Made by a program: the position numbers and the translations under genes. DNA of 43,965 nt from Actinomycetes bacterium (GTDB taxonomy: Bacteria > Actinomycetota > Geothermincolia > Geothermincolales > JAHEXQ01). The stretch spans positions 1 to 43,965 of the forward strand of contig JAHEXQ010000003.1 of the NCBI GenBank assembly GCA_023252035.1, in the 5' to 3' direction. The notes below the pieces were generated by a model, which had not been told where the DNA came from, did not search any database, and saw only the letters and a list, made by a program, of their open reading frames with translations. Shown in pieces: positions 42,902 through 43,965 of the stretch; position 1 is the stretch's first letter; each line of letters opens with the position of its first letter.

Positions 42902-43965
42902 TTAGTTGTAGTAGGCGGGGCCGCGCACGTTGCCGTGCACAGGCGCCGACCTATCGGGGTCCCGATCGTCGCTTACCCTGTCCAGGCCGGCGTGAAGGAT
43001 GGACTTCACGCTGCGGTAGGAGAAGGCGCCGGCCTGAAGGGCTCTGGCGCAAGCCGCCTCCATGCGGTCTTGCCCGAACTTGCCGGAGAGCCGAATGATC
43101 CCCAGGCATGCGCGGTAGCCCATCTCCGGATGGGGCTTTGAGTTCATGATCCCTTGAACCAGGCGTGCGGTGGCCGGACCGGTCTGCTCAGCCCAGGATA
43201 TGATGCGCGACGGCGGCCAGGCCAGATGCGCCCGGTGCGATGCGGGGCGGTGCTCGTCCGCCGTGGTGTATCCGCCCCTCTGAAAACCGCGCTTGTGAGA
43301 AGCCACCCGCCTGCCCTTTTGAAATATCTCCACGGTCGAAGATGTCAGCCTGGCCTCCACCCGCTCACCGATCAGGCGGTGGGGCACGCTGTAGTAGTGG
43401 TGCTCGACCTCTATGTGGTAGTCGATGCTCACCTTGGCCTTTTTCCAGGTGGCCAGCTCGTACCGTTTCTCGGGAAGCGGTTTTAACGCCGGCAGGTCGT
43501 GGGAAAGAAACAGCTCCCGCCTGCTCTTGCCAAGCACCTTCATCTTGCGGTCGTTGAGCCAGGTAATGCGTTCGGCGATCGCCAGGTTGGCCTCGGCGAT
43601 GGAGTGAAAGACCCGGTGGCGCAGGGGGGCGAGAATCCAGCGCTCAGCCTGCAAAACCGCGTTTTCCACCTGCGCCTTGTCCCTTGCTTTTCGCACCCTG
43701 GCCGGTATGACCGCACAGCCGTAGTAGGCGGTCATATCATTGTAGGTGGGGTTGAGATCCGGCTCGTAGCGGCAGGCATGGGGGACGCCCACCCTTACGT
43801 TATCCGGGACCAGGATCTCGTTAACCCCTCCGAAGAACTCAAAAGCCCGGATGTGGGCGCCTATCCAGTTGGCAAGCTCCTGCGAGGCCACGGCACAGGC
43901 GTAGGTGTAGCTGGAGAACCCCTGGGCGGCCACGAACATCTGGGCTTCGCTTACCTCTCCCGTTT
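42902..43965 (-). CDS. istA: IS21-family transposase IstA (partial; N-terminus beyond the right edge)
   Basis: The frame stays open to the window end. VPDNVRVGV...DKAQVENAV (DDE D and E regions) and a long C-terminal domain. The sequence differs from element 1 IstA. Confidence 0.9.
   Translation of the reverse strand, partial: TGEVSEAQMFVAAQGFSSYTYACAVASQELANWIGAHIRAFEFFGGVNEILVPDNVRVGVPHACRYEPDLNPTYNDMTAYYGCAVIPARVRKARDKAQVENAVLQAERWILAPLRHRVFHSIAEANLAIAERITWLNDRKMKVLGKSRRELFLSHDLPALKPLPEKRYELATWKKAKVSIDYHIEVEHHYYSVPHRLIGERVEARLTSSTVEIFQKGRRVASHKRGFQRGGYTTADEHRPASHRAHLAWPPSRIISWAEQTGPATARLVQGIMNSKPHPEMGYRACLGIIRLSGKFGQDRMEAACARALQAGAFSYRSVKSILHAGLDRVSDDRDPDRSAPVHGNVRGPAYYN

Larger units (their letters stand above)
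41799..43965 (-). mobile_element. IS21-family element 2 (istA-istB on the minus strand), inserted into element 1; runs off the right edge
   Basis: Intact istB and the C-terminal ~350 aa of a different IstA. Its end region carries repeated GTGGACA/TGTCCAC heptamers. The exact terminus is uncertain (41.79-41.88 kb). Confidence 0.6.

Noticed and set aside
1-43965. CRISPR arrays, tRNA and rRNA genes
   Set aside because: I scanned the intergenic regions by eye and found no spacer-repeat periodicity and no cloverleaf-like or rRNA-like segment. A proper tRNAscan or Infernal run is still advisable.

Overview
This 43.9-kb window comes from a high-GC bacterial chromosome. I cannot assign a taxon from the sequence, and I saw no rRNA, tRNA or CRISPR array. 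All calls come from reading the supplied translations, motifs and DNA by eye. No searches or computations were run.

Positions 1 to about 30,000 hold ordinary, densely packed genes: an M24 peptidase with an SCP2 protein; DUF6448; a DUF2079 membrane protein; a tightly coupled NDT-like / ribokinase / deoC / NDT-like deoxynucleoside module; a YibQ-type deacetylase lipoprotein; an AlkA-like glycosylase; YkgJ; an M28 peptidase; a Cas4-like PD-(D/E)XK nuclease paired with a DEDDh-exonuclease-WYL protein; DUF169 and SCP2 genes, each preceded by a copy of a ~90-nt repeat; an RRM RNA-binding protein; an acyl-CoA dehydrogenase; a RecQ-SWIM operon; and a TetR-headed acyl-CoA cluster (alpha/beta ACAD pair, SCPx-type thiolase, ferredoxin-nitroreductase fusion, acyl-CoA ligase).

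From about 30.0 to 40.8 kb the composition switches abruptly to visibly AT-richer DNA. This island contains head-to-head remnants of a PD-(D/E)XK gene and a TIR gene. Next comes a CBS-pair protein with a C-terminal HEPN-like RNxxxH motif. After that is a translationally coupled three-gene operon: an SNF2 helicase (995 aa), a PglX/Eco57I/MmeI-like N6-adenine methyltransferase with an N-terminal PD-(D/E)XK-like motif (1366 aa), and a UvrD-like SF1 helicase (656 aa). The island ends about 50 bp before two nested IS21-family elements.

This island is my best candidate for an undescribed defence system. It resembles the DrmD-DrmMI half of class 1 DISARM but lacks DrmA/B/C, and it lacks the BREX core genes.
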